In this document: positions 9,932 to 20,213 of the stretch, piece after piece
Position numbering within the stretch: position 1 is the first letter of the stretch
How the letters are laid out: each line of letters opens with the position of its first letter
Virus genome (UHGV): UHGV-0332176
Origin: a virus
DNA: 64,000 nt
Direction: 5' to 3' (one strand)
Made by a program: the position numbers and the translations under genes
Notes under the pieces: model-generated
What the model was told of the DNA's origin: nothing
The model's input: the letters and a program-made list of their open reading frames with translations, nothing else
Databases searched by the model: none

Positions 9932-11017
9932 ATGAGACCAATTGATATTAGTAAATTTCAAAAAAGTGCATTAAAAAATGTTGATGGTATTTCAGCAGGT
10001 TTTAGTAATCCAGATACTTGGATACATACAGGAAACTATGCTTTAAATTTTAGAGTTTCTGGTGATTTTTATAAAGGATTTCCGCTTGAAGGTAAAATGA
10101 CATTATTAGCTGGTGATTCTGGAACAGGTAAATCATATATTGCTATTGGTAATATTGCTAAATGGTGTCAAGATAATAATGTATTACCTTTAATTATAGA
10201 TACAGAAAATGCTTTAGATAGAGATTGGGTTGAAGCATTTAATTTTGACCCAGATGGATATTGTTTATATTATCGTGCATCTATTTTAGATAAAATTGCA
10301 GGTATTATGTCTGATTTTATTGAAGGATATAAAAAAGAATATTCAGATATGCCATATAATGAAAGACCTAAAGTTCTAATTATTATTGATTCATTAGGTA
10401 TGGCAATTACACCAACTGAACAAAAGCAATTTGAAGATGGAGATATGAAAGGCGATTTAGGTCGTAAACAAAAACAAATCTATTCAATTTGTCGTAATTT
10501 TATGGCTTCTTGTGGAGCAGAACCAATTGGTATGTTATGTACTCAACATACTTATGCATCACAAGATTTATTTAATCCTGATGCTGTTATTGCAGGTGGT
10601 AAAGGTCTTGAGTTCACACCATCTATTGTTATAGCAATGTCAAAAAATAAATTAAAAGAAGATGAAGATGGTAAAAAAACTACTGATGTTAAAGGTATTA
10701 AAGTAAGAGCGACTGTTAGAAAAACAAGATATACACAACCATTTCAAGATGTAAAATTTAATATCCCTTGGGATAGTGGTATGGACCCATATTCAGGATT
10801 ATTTGAATTATTTGCTGAACAATTAATGTTTAAAGGAAAATATATTCTTTCAAAAGAAGGTTCTTGGGTTGCATATTATTCACTACATACAGGTGAACAA
10901 ATTTTCAAAAAATATCGTAAAGATATTACCAATGAAGATTATGATATGATTATGAAAGATTATGTAAATGCCACTTCTTCAACTTTATTAGTTACAGAAG
11001 AAGGTAATAAAGAATAA
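9932..11017 (+). CDS. uvsX: UvsX/RecA-family recombinase
   Basis: Walker A GDSGTGKS. Motif IIIDSLGMA matches the T4 UvsX ...FIDSLGNLA region. 361 aa. RBS aaggaga. Confidence 0.75.
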   Translation: MRPIDISKFQKSALKNVDGISAGFSNPDTWIHTGNYALNFRVSGDFYKGFPLEGKMTLLAGDSGTGKSYIAIGNIAKWCQDNNVLPLIIDTENALDRDWVEAFNFDPDGYCLYYRASILDKIAGIMSDFIEGYKKEYSDMPYNERPKVLIIIDSLGMAITPTEQKQFEDGDMKGDLGRKQKQIYSICRNFMASCGAEPIGMLCTQHTYASQDLFNPDAVIAGGKGLEFTPSIVIAMSKNKLKEDEDGKKTTDVKGIKVRATVRKTRYTQPFQDVKFNIPWDSGMDPYSGLFELFAEQLMFKGKYILSKEGSWVAYYSLHTGEQIFKKYRKDITNEDYDMIMKDYVNATSSTLLVTEEGNKE

Positions 11018-11025
11018 AAAAGTTC

Positions 11026-11060
11026 TTGACAAATATTTTTTTCTAATATATCTTATACTC
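11026..11060 (+). promoter_or_regulatory. sigma70-type promoter (gttcTTGACA ... cttatact) with a downstream palindromic element
   Basis: TTGACA with an upstream A-tract. The -10 spacing is ambiguous. The element ctcatcaaagcaatttgatgag at 11058..11079 is conserved with 46375..46391. Confidence 0.4.
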
Positions 11061-11102
11061 ATCAAAGCAATTTGATGAGTTTATTTTTAAAGGAAATTAA
11101 TA

Positions 11103-11324
11103 ATGCCATTTAGTATTTTTTGTGTTCTTTTGACAATAGGTATCGTTAGTTTTGGTATCTGTCGTTATAAAAATTGGGTAACTAAAGAAAATTTTAATCA
11201 GAAGTTACTTGAAAATAAAAAATTTATGGATATGTATAAAGAATATGAAGATTTTGTATCAAAATATCCAGAATTTGAAAAAGAAAAAAATGTTATTGAA
11301 AAATTTATGAAAGGGAAAAAATAA
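11103..11324 (+). CDS. small membrane protein (73 aa)
   Basis: N-terminal TM helix; RBS aaagga. Confidence 0.35.
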   Translation: MPFSIFCVLLTIGIVSFGICRYKNWVTKENFNQKLLENKKFMDMYKEYEDFVSKYPEFEKEKNVIEKFMKGKK

Positions 11325-12478
11325 TGATTAAACAATTTGTGGGAATTTTTGGAATTATTGGAGCAGTAGTTGCAATTTTTTGTTCTGCTTCTTTATTTGA
11401 AACAAACACTTTTGGTAATTATCAAATTAAACAAGCAGCAATGTCTGGAACAATTTCAGTAAGAAATGATGCTGGTTTATATTGGCAAGGTTTTGGTTCA
11501 ATTACCACTTATCCAGTATCTGAAGATATTGATTTTGAAAAACAGAAATTAGAAGTTCGTTTTAATGATGGTTCAGTTGCACAAGTTATTGGTACTGTTA
11601 AATTTAAGATGCCTTCAAATCCTGAAAAACAAAAAGAATTACATAGAGATTATGGAAATTATGCGAATGTTGAAAGAGATTTAATTGTTCGTAATGTAAG
11701 TGAAGCTCTATCTAATACTGCAACATATATGGTAGCTGAAGATTCTTATGCTTCTGGTCGTGCTGTCTTTTCAGATTTAGCTATGCAACAATTAAAAGAA
11801 GGTATTTTTAAAACATCTACAAAAACTGTTGAAGTTGTTGATACTGATGGAACAAAATTTAAGAAAAAGGAAATTCGTGTAGTTTATGATGAAAATGGTA
11901 ATCCTGTTATCCAAAAACCTTCTTTACTTAAACATTACGGCATTGAAATTCTTCAATTTGTTGTTAATGACTTCAAATATGACGCAAAAATTGATGATTT
12001 GATTGCCCGTAAGAAAGACGCTGAACAAAATAAAGTTGTAGCTATGGCAAATGCCGAAAAAGCAAAGCAGGATGCTATTACAGCTGAAGAACAAGGTAAA
12101 GCAAAAATTGCTGAAGCTAAAGCCCAAGCAGAAGTTGCAAAAATTACCGCTGTTGTTGAAGCTCAAAAGAAAGCAGAAGTTGCAAAATTAGAAGCTGAAC
12201 AAGCAAAATATGAAGCTCAAAAGATTGCTGAAAAAGGTAAAGCAGAAGCAGAAGTTGCAAAACAAAAAGTTGCTGCTGGTTTAACTCCACTTGAAAAAGC
12301 AACTATTGAAAAAGAAACTGCCATCGGTGTTGCTCAACAGTTAGCAAATGTTAAATTCCCTGATACAATGGTTATTAGTGGTGGTTCAGATGGAAAAGCT
12401 AATCCTTGGGATGCGGTTGGTTTGAATCAAATGATGGAAATTACTTCTAAAATTAAAAATGCTAAAATGATTCAGTAA
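11324..12478 (+). CDS. SPFH/band-7 (prohibitin/HflKC-like) domain membrane protein
   Basis: N-terminal TM segment, SPFH-like core, and an A/E/K-rich coiled-coil C-terminal region typical of the HflK/C and flotillin family. Confidence 0.6.
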   Translation: MIKQFVGIFGIIGAVVAIFCSASLFETNTFGNYQIKQAAMSGTISVRNDAGLYWQGFGSITTYPVSEDIDFEKQKLEVRFNDGSVAQVIGTVKFKMPSNPEKQKELHRDYGNYANVERDLIVRNVSEALSNTATYMVAEDSYASGRAVFSDLAMQQLKEGIFKTSTKTVEVVDTDGTKFKKKEIRVVYDENGNPVIQKPSLLKHYGIEILQFVVNDFKYDAKIDDLIARKKDAEQNKVVAMANAEKAKQDAITAEEQGKAKIAEAKAQAEVAKITAVVEAQKKAEVAKLEAEQAKYEAQKIAEKGKAEAEVAKQKVAAGLTPLEKATIEKETAIGVAQQLANVKFPDTMVISGGSDGKANPWDAVGLNQMMEITSKIKNAKMIQ

Positions 12479-12482
12479 AATA

Positions 12483-12509
12483 AAGGTGGGTTATAACCCA
12501 CCTTTTTTG
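12483..12509 (+). terminator. rho-independent terminator (aaaggtgggtt/aacccaccttt + T6)
   Basis: Read directly. Confidence 0.6.
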
Positions 12510-12538
12510 TTGACAATATATTTTTTCTGATATATTAT
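12510..12538 (+). promoter_or_regulatory. sigma70-type promoter TTGACA-N15/17-TATATT
   Basis: Immediately after the terminator and upstream of the small ORF at 12567. Confidence 0.4.
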
Positions 12539-12566
12539 CATTTAACATTAAATAAAGGAGAAATTA

Positions 12567-12746
12567 ATGGGAATTAATGCTATAAAATTTATTTTAGAAA
12601 AATGTGAAAGAATGATTAGAGAAGCTGATTATGAATATGATTGTGAAAATGAATTAAAATCTTGGTGGGATGAATATACTAAAAAACCAAGCGTATATGA
12701 ACAATGGAAAGAACGGGCTTCAAAAATTCGGAAATATCAAAGATAA
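12567..12746 (+). CDS. small hypothetical protein (59 aa), not in the supplied ORF track
   Basis: ATG 7 nt after RBS aaaggag; ends taa at 12744-12746. Confidence 0.35.
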   Translation: MGINAIKFILEKCERMIREADYEYDCENELKSWWDEYTKKPSVYEQWKERASKIRKYQR

Positions 12747-12809
12747 TTATTTTTGATTTTTATTTAAAGTGATGATAAATTATTATGTGTTTATTATAGG
12801 AGATTTTTT

Positions 12810-13043
12810 ATGAGAGACGAAGATATATATTATATTTGGAATATTTTAAAAGAATTCATTCAAATTAAAGATAGAGAAGAAGCAGCATTAGCTATGCTTG
12901 AATATGTTTATAATAATGATGGAGATGTTGGATTAATTAAAGATACAGCTCAAGAAGAAGACGATGAATTTTTATCAAAATTAATTGAAAAACATCGTGA
13001 AGATTTATTAGATGAATATGATGAACCAGAGGAAGATTGGTAA
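12810..13043 (+). CDS. small acidic protein (77 aa)
   Basis: RBS aggag; D/E-rich. Confidence 0.4.
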   Translation: MRDEDIYYIWNILKEFIQIKDREEAALAMLEYVYNNDGDVGLIKDTAQEEDDEFLSKLIEKHREDLLDEYDEPEEDW

Positions 13044-13045
13044 AA

Positions 13046-13501
13046 ATGGAATATTTTAAATTAATTAAAAAAGATGAAACTAAATTAGAAGATGTATTAA
13101 ATCATTTTAATGAAGAATATGAAATTGCTCGTGAAGAAATTAAAATTAAAGGAAAATTAAATAGATGTATTGCAGAATTGCCATCATTATTTGAAATTAG
13201 ATTTTCTCAATTACAAGAATTAGAAGCAATTTTAGCTTATTTTACAAATAAATTAAATGGTTTAAGAGGTTCTATTTACAGACAACTTCAGGAACATTCA
13301 AAAAGACAATTAACATCAACTGATATAAAACAGTATGTTGATAGTGATGATAAAGTATTAGCAATGCAAACAATTATTAATGAAATTGCATTGGTTAGAA
13401 ATAAATTTATTTCTTTATCTAAAGGATTTGAAACAAAAAATTGGCAATTAAGTAATTTAACAAAATTACAATGTGCAGGTTTAGATGATATTCAAATTTA
13501 A
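13046..13501 (+). CDS. hypothetical protein (track start 13037 is a TTG; ATG at 13046 is preferred)
   Basis: RBS ggaag 10 nt upstream of ATG 13046. Confidence 0.4.
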   Translation: MEYFKLIKKDETKLEDVLNHFNEEYEIAREEIKIKGKLNRCIAELPSLFEIRFSQLQELEAILAYFTNKLNGLRGSIYRQLQEHSKRQLTSTDIKQYVDSDDKVLAMQTIINEIALVRNKFISLSKGFETKNWQLSNLTKLQCAGLDDIQI

Positions 13502-13513
13502 TTGTGAGGAATT

Positions 13514-13921
13514 ATGAAAGTTTATACAAAAGTTAAAACACATTATAATCATAGTGATGTTGGTATTGTTTTATTAAGTGATAAAAATGATATTTATTTA
13601 CAAGAAGGATTTAAAATACAAAATACTGATAATATTGAAGCACATACATATGGAATTAAACGAGCTTTAAGTTTTGTTAAAAATATGAAACCTTTATATG
13701 CAAAAAATGATTTAGAAGTATTAATACCTGAAGATGTAAATGAAAAATTATTTCAATCAAGATTAAAAACAGATTCTTATATTTCTTATATTCAAGAAAA
13801 TTTGAATATTAAAATTATCCCTCAACAAACCATATTAGAGAATGATGAATATTTCAAAATGATTGCAGGGCATCAATTATTAAATATGAATATTCCTTTA
13901 TTATCAACAAAAGAAAGATAG
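13514..13921 (+). CDS. hypothetical protein (135 aa)
   Basis: RBS tgagga upstream. Confidence 0.4.
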   Translation: MKVYTKVKTHYNHSDVGIVLLSDKNDIYLQEGFKIQNTDNIEAHTYGIKRALSFVKNMKPLYAKNDLEVLIPEDVNEKLFQSRLKTDSYISYIQENLNIKIIPQQTILENDEYFKMIAGHQLLNMNIPLLSTKER

Positions 13922-13945
13922 TAAATAACTAAAAAGGATATTTTA

Positions 13946-14182
13946 ATGAATAAAGAACAAGCATATTTAAGCATTATTAATGCAACAATAAAAACATTAA
14001 ATGAATGTATTCAACGTATGGATTCTCATATTAGAAATTATTCTCAAACCCATCAAGTTTCTTCTAAAGAAAGCGATGAACATATGACTTATGTTGAAAA
14101 TGTTGTAAAAGTATTAACACGAATTGCAAAAGTAATAAGTTCCAGAGCAGATACTGTTTACAAAGCTGGAAAATATGATTAA
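13946..14182 (+). CDS. hypothetical protein (78 aa)
   Basis: RBS aaaagga. Confidence 0.35.
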   Translation: MNKEQAYLSIINATIKTLNECIQRMDSHIRNYSQTHQVSSKESDEHMTYVENVVKVLTRIAKVISSRADTVYKAGKYD

Positions 14183-14248
14183 GTTAAATAAATATTTAAA
14201 GATAATAAAATAAATTGTTATCTGTATAATTTATTTAAGGAGAATTTT

Positions 14249-15010
14249 ATGGGAAGACCTCTTGCTGGTTTTGGATTTTTTAATGCCGAAAAAAGATTCG
14301 ATGCTGAAACAGAAAACTTTGAAAAAGTTAAAATTCACGCATTTTTAGAACAAGATGCTGAACCATCTGCTTGGGTTGCTAATACTCAATATAATGTTGG
14401 TGATAAAGTTAAAAATGGTTCAAAATATTATGTTTGTAAAACAGCAAATTCACAATCATCATTTTTAGCTGTTGAAGCTACTCCTGCTGCTTGGAAAGCA
14501 TCAACATTATATCACGTTGGTGATAAAGTTTCTAATGCTGGTTCAAATTATATTTGTAAAACTGAACATACATCAACTGATGATTTTTCTGCTGATTCTG
14601 CTAATTGGGATGCTTATACATTAATTACTTATTGGACAGAATATACATTAGGTGGTGGAGCAATTGAAGATTGTAAAATTATTAAACAAACAGGTTTTAA
14701 TAAATATTTAGTTTCTGCTTCTGCTGATGAAAATCGTCAAGGTATTGTTATGTTAGTTGACAAAACTGATGCAACAGTAGCTGGAACTGCTTATATTACA
14801 ATTACTAAGTTAGCAGATTCATCAACAAAATATGCAAGAAAAATTGTTAGAAATATTATTGAAACATTTGATGGTGAAGCATTAGCATATCAATATGATT
14901 TAACAGAAACAGATGGCGTTTTTGCAGGTGCATTTAATAAAGATAAAACTGTTACTGAATGTTATCCTGAAGTTTTTGCATCAGCTAAATCTAAATCAAG
15001 AAAAAAATAA
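14249..15010 (+). CDS. protein with two chitin-binding-type-3 (CBM5/12)-like repeats
   Basis: Two copies of AW..(S/N)T.Y.VGDKV.N(G/A)S.YY(V/I)CKT. RBS aaggaga. Confidence 0.4.
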   Translation: MGRPLAGFGFFNAEKRFDAETENFEKVKIHAFLEQDAEPSAWVANTQYNVGDKVKNGSKYYVCKTANSQSSFLAVEATPAAWKASTLYHVGDKVSNAGSNYICKTEHTSTDDFSADSANWDAYTLITYWTEYTLGGGAIEDCKIIKQTGFNKYLVSASADENRQGIVMLVDKTDATVAGTAYITITKLADSSTKYARKIVRNIIETFDGEALAYQYDLTETDGVFAGAFNKDKTVTECYPEVFASAKSKSRKK

Positions 15011-15083
15011 AAAATATTGAAATTATATAAAAATAAACCTATTATTAATTTAATAGGTTTATTTTTTATAAGGAGAAATATAT

Positions 15084-15575
15084 ATGACAATTAGAGTTGG
15101 TAAATTTGAAAAAATTAGTTTAAAACAATGGCATAAAGATTATCTTTCATTAGATGATAAAATGCTTAATGAAATCATTAAAATTCCAACAAGAGCAACA
15201 AAAGGTTCAGCAGGTTACGATATTGTAACTCCATTTGATATTGATTTAAAAGTTGGTGAATCTATGAAAGTTCCAACAGGATTAAAATGTAAAGTTGATA
15301 ATGGTTGGTTTCTTGGTATTTTTCCAAAATCAGGGCTTGGTTTTAAATATTCATTAAGATTGGGTAATTCTATTGGAGTTATTGATGAAGATTATTATAA
15401 TAATGAAAATAATGAAGGTCATATTTGGGTAAAAATTCAAAATGATGGTGATAAAGATTTTCATTTAGATGCAGGAAAAGCATTTTGTCAAGGTATTTTT
15501 TTGCCATATGGAATTACTTATGATGATGAATCAGAAGGCGTAAGAATTGGTGGGTTAGGCTCAACTAATGCTTAA
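15084..15575 (+). CDS. dut: dUTP diphosphatase (dUTPase)
   Basis: All five dUTPase motifs are present: SAGYDIV, PKSGLG, GVIDEDY, GIF, RIGGLGSTN. Confidence 0.7.
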   Translation: MTIRVGKFEKISLKQWHKDYLSLDDKMLNEIIKIPTRATKGSAGYDIVTPFDIDLKVGESMKVPTGLKCKVDNGWFLGIFPKSGLGFKYSLRLGNSIGVIDEDYYNNENNEGHIWVKIQNDGDKDFHLDAGKAFCQGIFLPYGITYDDESEGVRIGGLGSTNA

Positions 15576-15603
15576 AAAAGAGAGGATTAATCCTCTCTTT
15601 TTA
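15576..15603. terminator. bidirectional rho-independent terminator between convergent genes
   Basis: aaaagagaggatt/aatcctctctttt, flanked by an A-run and a T-run. Confidence 0.6.
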
Positions 15604-16050
15604 ATATCCACAAGCATACCAGTTAGCCATTTGGATTGATTCATTATAAGTGCTATTAATATACCAACGAATTTTAACACTATCATTTTTAAATGAATAA
15701 AATCCCATCATTGCTGTACATAAACCATTACCTTCATTATCTCTATCTGTTCTAAAAGGTGTAGCAAATATTTGATAATTGACATTTGAAAAATTAATTA
15801 AAAAATTAATATTAGCTCCACCTAAATCTTTAATAAATGAACCATAATTATATACTCCGCCTTGTTCAATCCATCCATCATTCCATTTACGATACCATTG
15901 AGTATTATTTTCATTAGAACCAGATTCAATAACATATTTCATTGAATCTAATTTATTATTAATAATATTAAAATTGTTATTAATTTCATTTAATTTATCA
16001 ATTAATTTATCAACACGTGAAATAGGTAATTTACTTGTATCTGCCATCAT
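15601..16050 (-). CDS. hypothetical protein; MxDTSKLPISRV paralog family
   Basis: N-terminus MMADTSKLPISRVDKL. Conserved palindromic leader at 16058..16086. Confidence 0.5.
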   Translation of the reverse strand: MMADTSKLPISRVDKLIDKLNEINNNFNIINNKLDSMKYVIESGSNENNTQWYRKWNDGWIEQGGVYNYGSFIKDLGGANINFLINFSNVNYQIFATPFRTDRDNEGNGLCTAMMGFYSFKNDSVKIRWYINSTYNESIQMANWYACGY

Positions 16051-16057
16051 TTATCCC

Positions 16058-16086
16058 CTTTGTTTGTATTTAATAAATACAAACAA
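16058..16086. promoter_or_regulatory. 29-nt palindrome identical to 541..569 in the leader of a paralog gene
   Basis: Read directly. Confidence 0.55.
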
Positions 16087-16144
16087 ACTTTATAAAGCAA
16101 ATCCAAAGGAATAAATATTATTATATTAATAGGAGAATATAATA

Positions 16145-16669
16145 ATGTTTGAAGAAATTGTTACTCAATATGGGTCATCAGAACCAATACAATCATCAAA
16201 TAATTTAATTATGTCAGATAAATCTGATAAAAAAATAGTTATCTCTTTCCCTCTTTTAATGAGAATAATGGAATGGTGTCACGAAGATGCTAAAGATGAT
16301 GTTGAATTACATAAAGTTATGGAAAAATTAATTGCATTTAATGATGGAATCAATCCGCTAACAATTGATGTTTATGATTGTTTAATTGATGGTGTTGAAT
16401 TATCAAATACATCTGAATTAAATGATTTAGTAGAACCAATGAAAGCAGGTTGTTTTTCAGAATATGATATGTCAGATGCTGTTAATACAGTAAAAAAATC
16501 ATATGATGAAATGAAACCTTTAGTTCCAACATTTTCTTGGGAACAAGGTTTAGATGATAATTCAACGATTATTAATTTAAATAATGAAGATTGTTCAAAC
16601 CAAGCACAAGAAATTGATTCAGATATGGAAAAAGAAATTCAAAATTTAATTAATTTAAGTAAATTATAA
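16145..16669 (+). CDS. acidic hypothetical protein (174 aa)
   Basis: RBS taggaga. Confidence 0.4.
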   Translation: MFEEIVTQYGSSEPIQSSNNLIMSDKSDKKIVISFPLLMRIMEWCHEDAKDDVELHKVMEKLIAFNDGINPLTIDVYDCLIDGVELSNTSELNDLVEPMKAGCFSEYDMSDAVNTVKKSYDEMKPLVPTFSWEQGLDDNSTIINLNNEDCSNQAQEIDSDMEKEIQNLINLSKL

Positions 16670-16681
16670 TTAGGATATTAA

Positions 16682-19420
16682 ATGGCAATTAATTGGATAA
16701 CTGCACAAGGAATTTTATTAAAAGATTATGAAGAAGCACCTGCTAATAATATTTTTATACAGGTTGAACCAACAACTTCAATAATCAAAAAAATAGCAGG
16801 AGAATATCCATTAAATATGGATTTAGTTTATGTTGAACCAGGAAAGTATCAATTAATAAGTACAACTGGTAAATTGCCAATTGTTAATGAAGAAACAACT
16901 TATTATTTTACATTAAGAGCTGAAAATGAAGATGAATATTCAGACAGATGGTTTGGAATAACTATTTTAAATAAACAAACTGATTGGGATATGCCAGAAA
17001 CATATTTTGAATATTCAGAAACATCTTATGTTTCATTACAAATGAAATTATTAAATGCTCAAGGAAATGAAGAATTTTTTAAAATATCTGGTGAAATGCC
17101 ACCAAGTTTATTAATTAATAAATCTGGATTAATTTATGGAATAGTTGATGAACAAGATAAAGAAAAAACATTTTATTTTACAATTGGTGTTCGCCGTGAT
17201 GATAACATTATCTTAACAAAAGATTTTAGTATAAAAGTTGTTAAATTATCATCATTAAATGAACCGATTTGGATTACTGAAGCAGGTTTTTTAGGTGTTT
17301 TAGAATATGATGAATCTTCTAATTTATTTGTTAAAGCGTATGACCCGAATGGTTTACCAATAACGTATACTTTATCAACATCAGGTAATGATAATTTACC
17401 ACCTGGTTTATATTTAGATGAAAATACAGGTAAAATTAAGGGTCGCTTATCAACTCGTTATACTGATACTTGGAATTTTACTATTAATGTAACTAATGGA
17501 GATTATACAGTTTCTCGTGATTTTTATATTAATACGAATGTAATTTCAGAAAATAATAAAATTGAATGGGTTTCTGAATCTTTATTAGGGAATATTGCTA
17601 TTGGAAATAATGTATATATTCAATTAGAAACTAATTCTAAAAAAACAGTAAATTATACTATTGTTAGTGGAAATTTACCAGCGGGTTTATCATTTTCATC
17701 AACTGGTTCAATAAATGGTGTTCTGGAATATCAAGAAATTAAACCTTACTCTTTTATTGTTGAAGCATCTAATGGTTCAAATGTTATTCAAAAAGAATTT
17801 ACAATTAATGTTATTAAAGGGTTAGGTCAAAATGCATTAAAATGTTTTTATTATATTAATAATGAATATATGGTTGAATATAATGAAATGAAAAACTCTT
17901 TTGATACAGAAACTGCTTATCAACCATTAAATAGCAAATATGATATTAATACAAAACCTCGTTTAGATATTTGTACATTAAATTGCTTTGATAAAATTTT
18001 ATTAAAACATATATTAAATTTTAATTCAACAGATTCTTATCATTGGAAACGAACTGTTAAACAAGATTTTAATAATATATATTCAGTTTATTATAAAGAA
18101 TTACAAGAAGTTAATAGTGATTCAAACACTTATCATATAAATGGAAATAAAACTTTTATTAAACAATCAGAAACTTCACCAACTGGTTGGGTTACTGAAT
18201 ATGGAAATACTCCAATTCAACCTAATTCAACATTAGGTAATGATTGGATAGATGGTAAAAAATATTATATTAATTCTTTTAATGAAAAAATTTATATAGA
18301 ATTTTTAAATGATTCAATGTATTATGAAATAGAAACTTTAAAAATTGTACCTTTTGGAACACCTATTTTTAAAGAACAAAAAACTTTTCAAAATGAATTA
18401 ATTGAATATCTTTATATTTTAAATAATGAAAATAAAATTTATGTAACACAAGCTGCTGATAATCAATTATTAAATATTGAAACACAAACAGTTTTATCAG
18501 ATACAAAAGAAAATATTGAAGTATTACAAGATGAAAGAACAAGAAGATGGTATTTTATTCCTGATAGTTCTTTAAATATTGTACCTGCATCAGTAACAGG
18601 TATTAGAGATGCTTTAAATACTCAAATTTTTGTTGAAAAGAATAATAATTTAAATGTTGTTTATGATGTAGCAACACAAGTTATTATAAATGGAATTGAT
18701 ACATCTAAAAAATTTATAATTAAATGGGATAATGAACGAAAAACTTATTATACAGAATTTAATGGGGAAGAAGTTTATTTAGATGTATATGCTGTATTAG
18801 AAACTGACCCAACAAAAACACCAATTCAAGTTGAAGGATTTATTAATGGTACAAATTATCAATTAGTTAGAGTATGGCAACAATTTAATAACACAGATGT
18901 TGATTATTTAAATTATTTGGTTTATGAAAAAGGTACTAATAAATTAGAAGAAAATATTATTTTTGAATTAGATTGGAATAAAGGAAGTGAATTCATTATT
19001 CAAAATGGTGTTGTTCATTTTATTAGTTATATTGATACTCCTTGGATGTATAAACCAGAATTAAATGAATCAGTTGGTTATGGTGAAGAAATAGTTTTAC
19101 CTTATATTTTAGATTATGATGTTAGAGATATAAATTCAAAGCCATATATCTATTTTTTTGATAAAGAAAATGAATCTTTAATTGAATGGAAAAATAGATA
19201 TTATCCAACACTTGATTTATTTTATTCAATACCAAATACAAATGTTGTATCATTATCTAATTTAAATCAACAAGAACGTGATGGAAAATATTGGACTGGT
19301 AAAAAATTTGTATTTTTTGAAGTAACATTTGAACCTATTTATAATAAAAATATTGACATTTTCTCAATACAATTTTACAATCATAATCAAGAATATTCAC
19401 CAGAATTTCAATTAATTTAG
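16682..19420 (+). CDS. large protein (912 aa) with three He_PIG/cadherin-like putative Ig repeats (LPxGL...TG.I.G)
   Basis: MPPSLLINKSGLIYGIV, LPPGLYLDENTGKIKGRL and LPAGLSFSSTGSINGVL, spaced about 100 aa apart. Confidence 0.5.
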   Translation: MAINWITAQGILLKDYEEAPANNIFIQVEPTTSIIKKIAGEYPLNMDLVYVEPGKYQLISTTGKLPIVNEETTYYFTLRAENEDEYSDRWFGITILNKQTDWDMPETYFEYSETSYVSLQMKLLNAQGNEEFFKISGEMPPSLLINKSGLIYGIVDEQDKEKTFYFTIGVRRDDNIILTKDFSIKVVKLSSLNEPIWITEAGFLGVLEYDESSNLFVKAYDPNGLPITYTLSTSGNDNLPPGLYLDENTGKIKGRLSTRYTDTWNFTINVTNGDYTVSRDFYINTNVISENNKIEWVSESLLGNIAIGNNVYIQLETNSKKTVNYTIVSGNLPAGLSFSSTGSINGVLEYQEIKPYSFIVEASNGSNVIQKEFTINVIKGLGQNALKCFYYINNEYMVEYNEMKNSFDTETAYQPLNSKYDINTKPRLDICTLNCFDKILLKHILNFNSTDSYHWKRTVKQDFNNIYSVYYKELQEVNSDSNTYHINGNKTFIKQSETSPTGWVTEYGNTPIQPNSTLGNDWIDGKKYYINSFNEKIYIEFLNDSMYYEIETLKIVPFGTPIFKEQKTFQNELIEYLYILNNENKIYVTQAADNQLLNIETQTVLSDTKENIEVLQDERTRRWYFIPDSSLNIVPASVTGIRDALNTQIFVEKNNNLNVVYDVATQVIINGIDTSKKFIIKWDNERKTYYTEFNGEEVYLDVYAVLETDPTKTPIQVEGFINGTNYQLVRVWQQFNNTDVDYLNYLVYEKGTNKLEENIIFELDWNKGSEFIIQNGVVHFISYIDTPWMYKPELNESVGYGEEIVLPYILDYDVRDINSKPYIYFFDKENESLIEWKNRYYPTLDLFYSIPNTNVVSLSNLNQQERDGKYWTGKKFVFFEVTFEPIYNKNIDIFSIQFYNHNQEYSPEFQLI

Positions 19421-19429
19421 GAGAATAAA

Positions 19430-19693
19430 ATGACAATGATTTTCTTTGAAGCAGATAAATTGAAAAATTTATCTAATATAGAGCTTATTAATAAAAGACA
19501 AGAATTAGAAGAACAATTATCTTCTGTTAAAAAAAATATAGTTTCATCTGATATTTTAAATTCAATGAATATGATACTTGAATATTATACTAATGAAATT
19601 GATGTAAGAATTGCATCGGGAACATTAGATATGGATGAAATTGAAGAATTAGAAGAAGAAAACTTTTTTAAGAAAATGAATGACAGAAAATAA
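19430..19693 (+). CDS. hypothetical protein (87 aa)
   Basis: RBS aggaga. Confidence 0.35.
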   Translation: MTMIFFEADKLKNLSNIELINKRQELEEQLSSVKKNIVSSDILNSMNMILEYYTNEIDVRIASGTLDMDEIEELEEENFFKKMNDRK

Positions 19694-20213
19694 AGTAATT
19701 AATTTAGGAAATAGAGTTATTGATAATGATGGTAATGTTGTCTATTGTGTAGATGCATTAATAGAATTATTATATAATGGAGAAATACCATCTGAAATCT
19801 TATTTCCATATAATAATGAAGATGTTTTATTATTTAATAAATTTTCTTATGAAAATTTTGATGATATACAATATACATTACCAAAAAAATTATTAAGTGT
19901 GGAAGAAAGAAAAAATTTTTGGTTTTATCCCGATAGATATGATAATATTAATTTAGAAGAATATTTTTTAAATCTTTGTCAAACAGATATTGAACGACAA
20001 CGAGTTAAAGAAGAATTAGAACTTTATAAAGAAAAAGGATTTGAAAAATTTTTAAGATTTTGTATCTTTTTTTCCGATAAAATTATAGAAAATGATTGGG
20101 TAATTGGAGTTGGGCGTGGCTCATCTTGTGCTTCATACTTATTATATCTATTAAAAATACATTTAGTTGATTCAATAAAATATAATTTAGATATAAAGGA
20201 ATTTTTAAAATAA
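19680..20213 (+). CDS. hypothetical protein (177 aa)
   Basis: ATG overlaps the previous stop by 14 nt. C-terminal GVGRGSSCASYLL has a weak DnaE-like look, judged not significant. Confidence 0.4.
   Translation: MTENKVINLGNRVIDNDGNVVYCVDALIELLYNGEIPSEILFPYNNEDVLLFNKFSYENFDDIQYTLPKKLLSVEERKNFWFYPDRYDNINLEEYFLNLCQTDIERQRVKEELELYKEKGFEKFLRFCIFFSDKIIENDWVIGVGRGSSCASYLLYLLKIHLVDSIKYNLDIKEFLK

Noticed and set aside
13514-13921. Possible RNase H-like fold (TDNIEAHTYGIKRAL)
   Set aside because: The catalytic D-E-D-D pattern could not be aligned convincingly.
19680-20213. C-terminal GVGRGSSCASYLLYL resembling the DnaE GPGRGSAAGSLVAY motif
   Set aside because: Only about 15 residues of resemblance in a 177-aa protein that ends there. 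No flanking polymerase homology on either side of the MTase gene.
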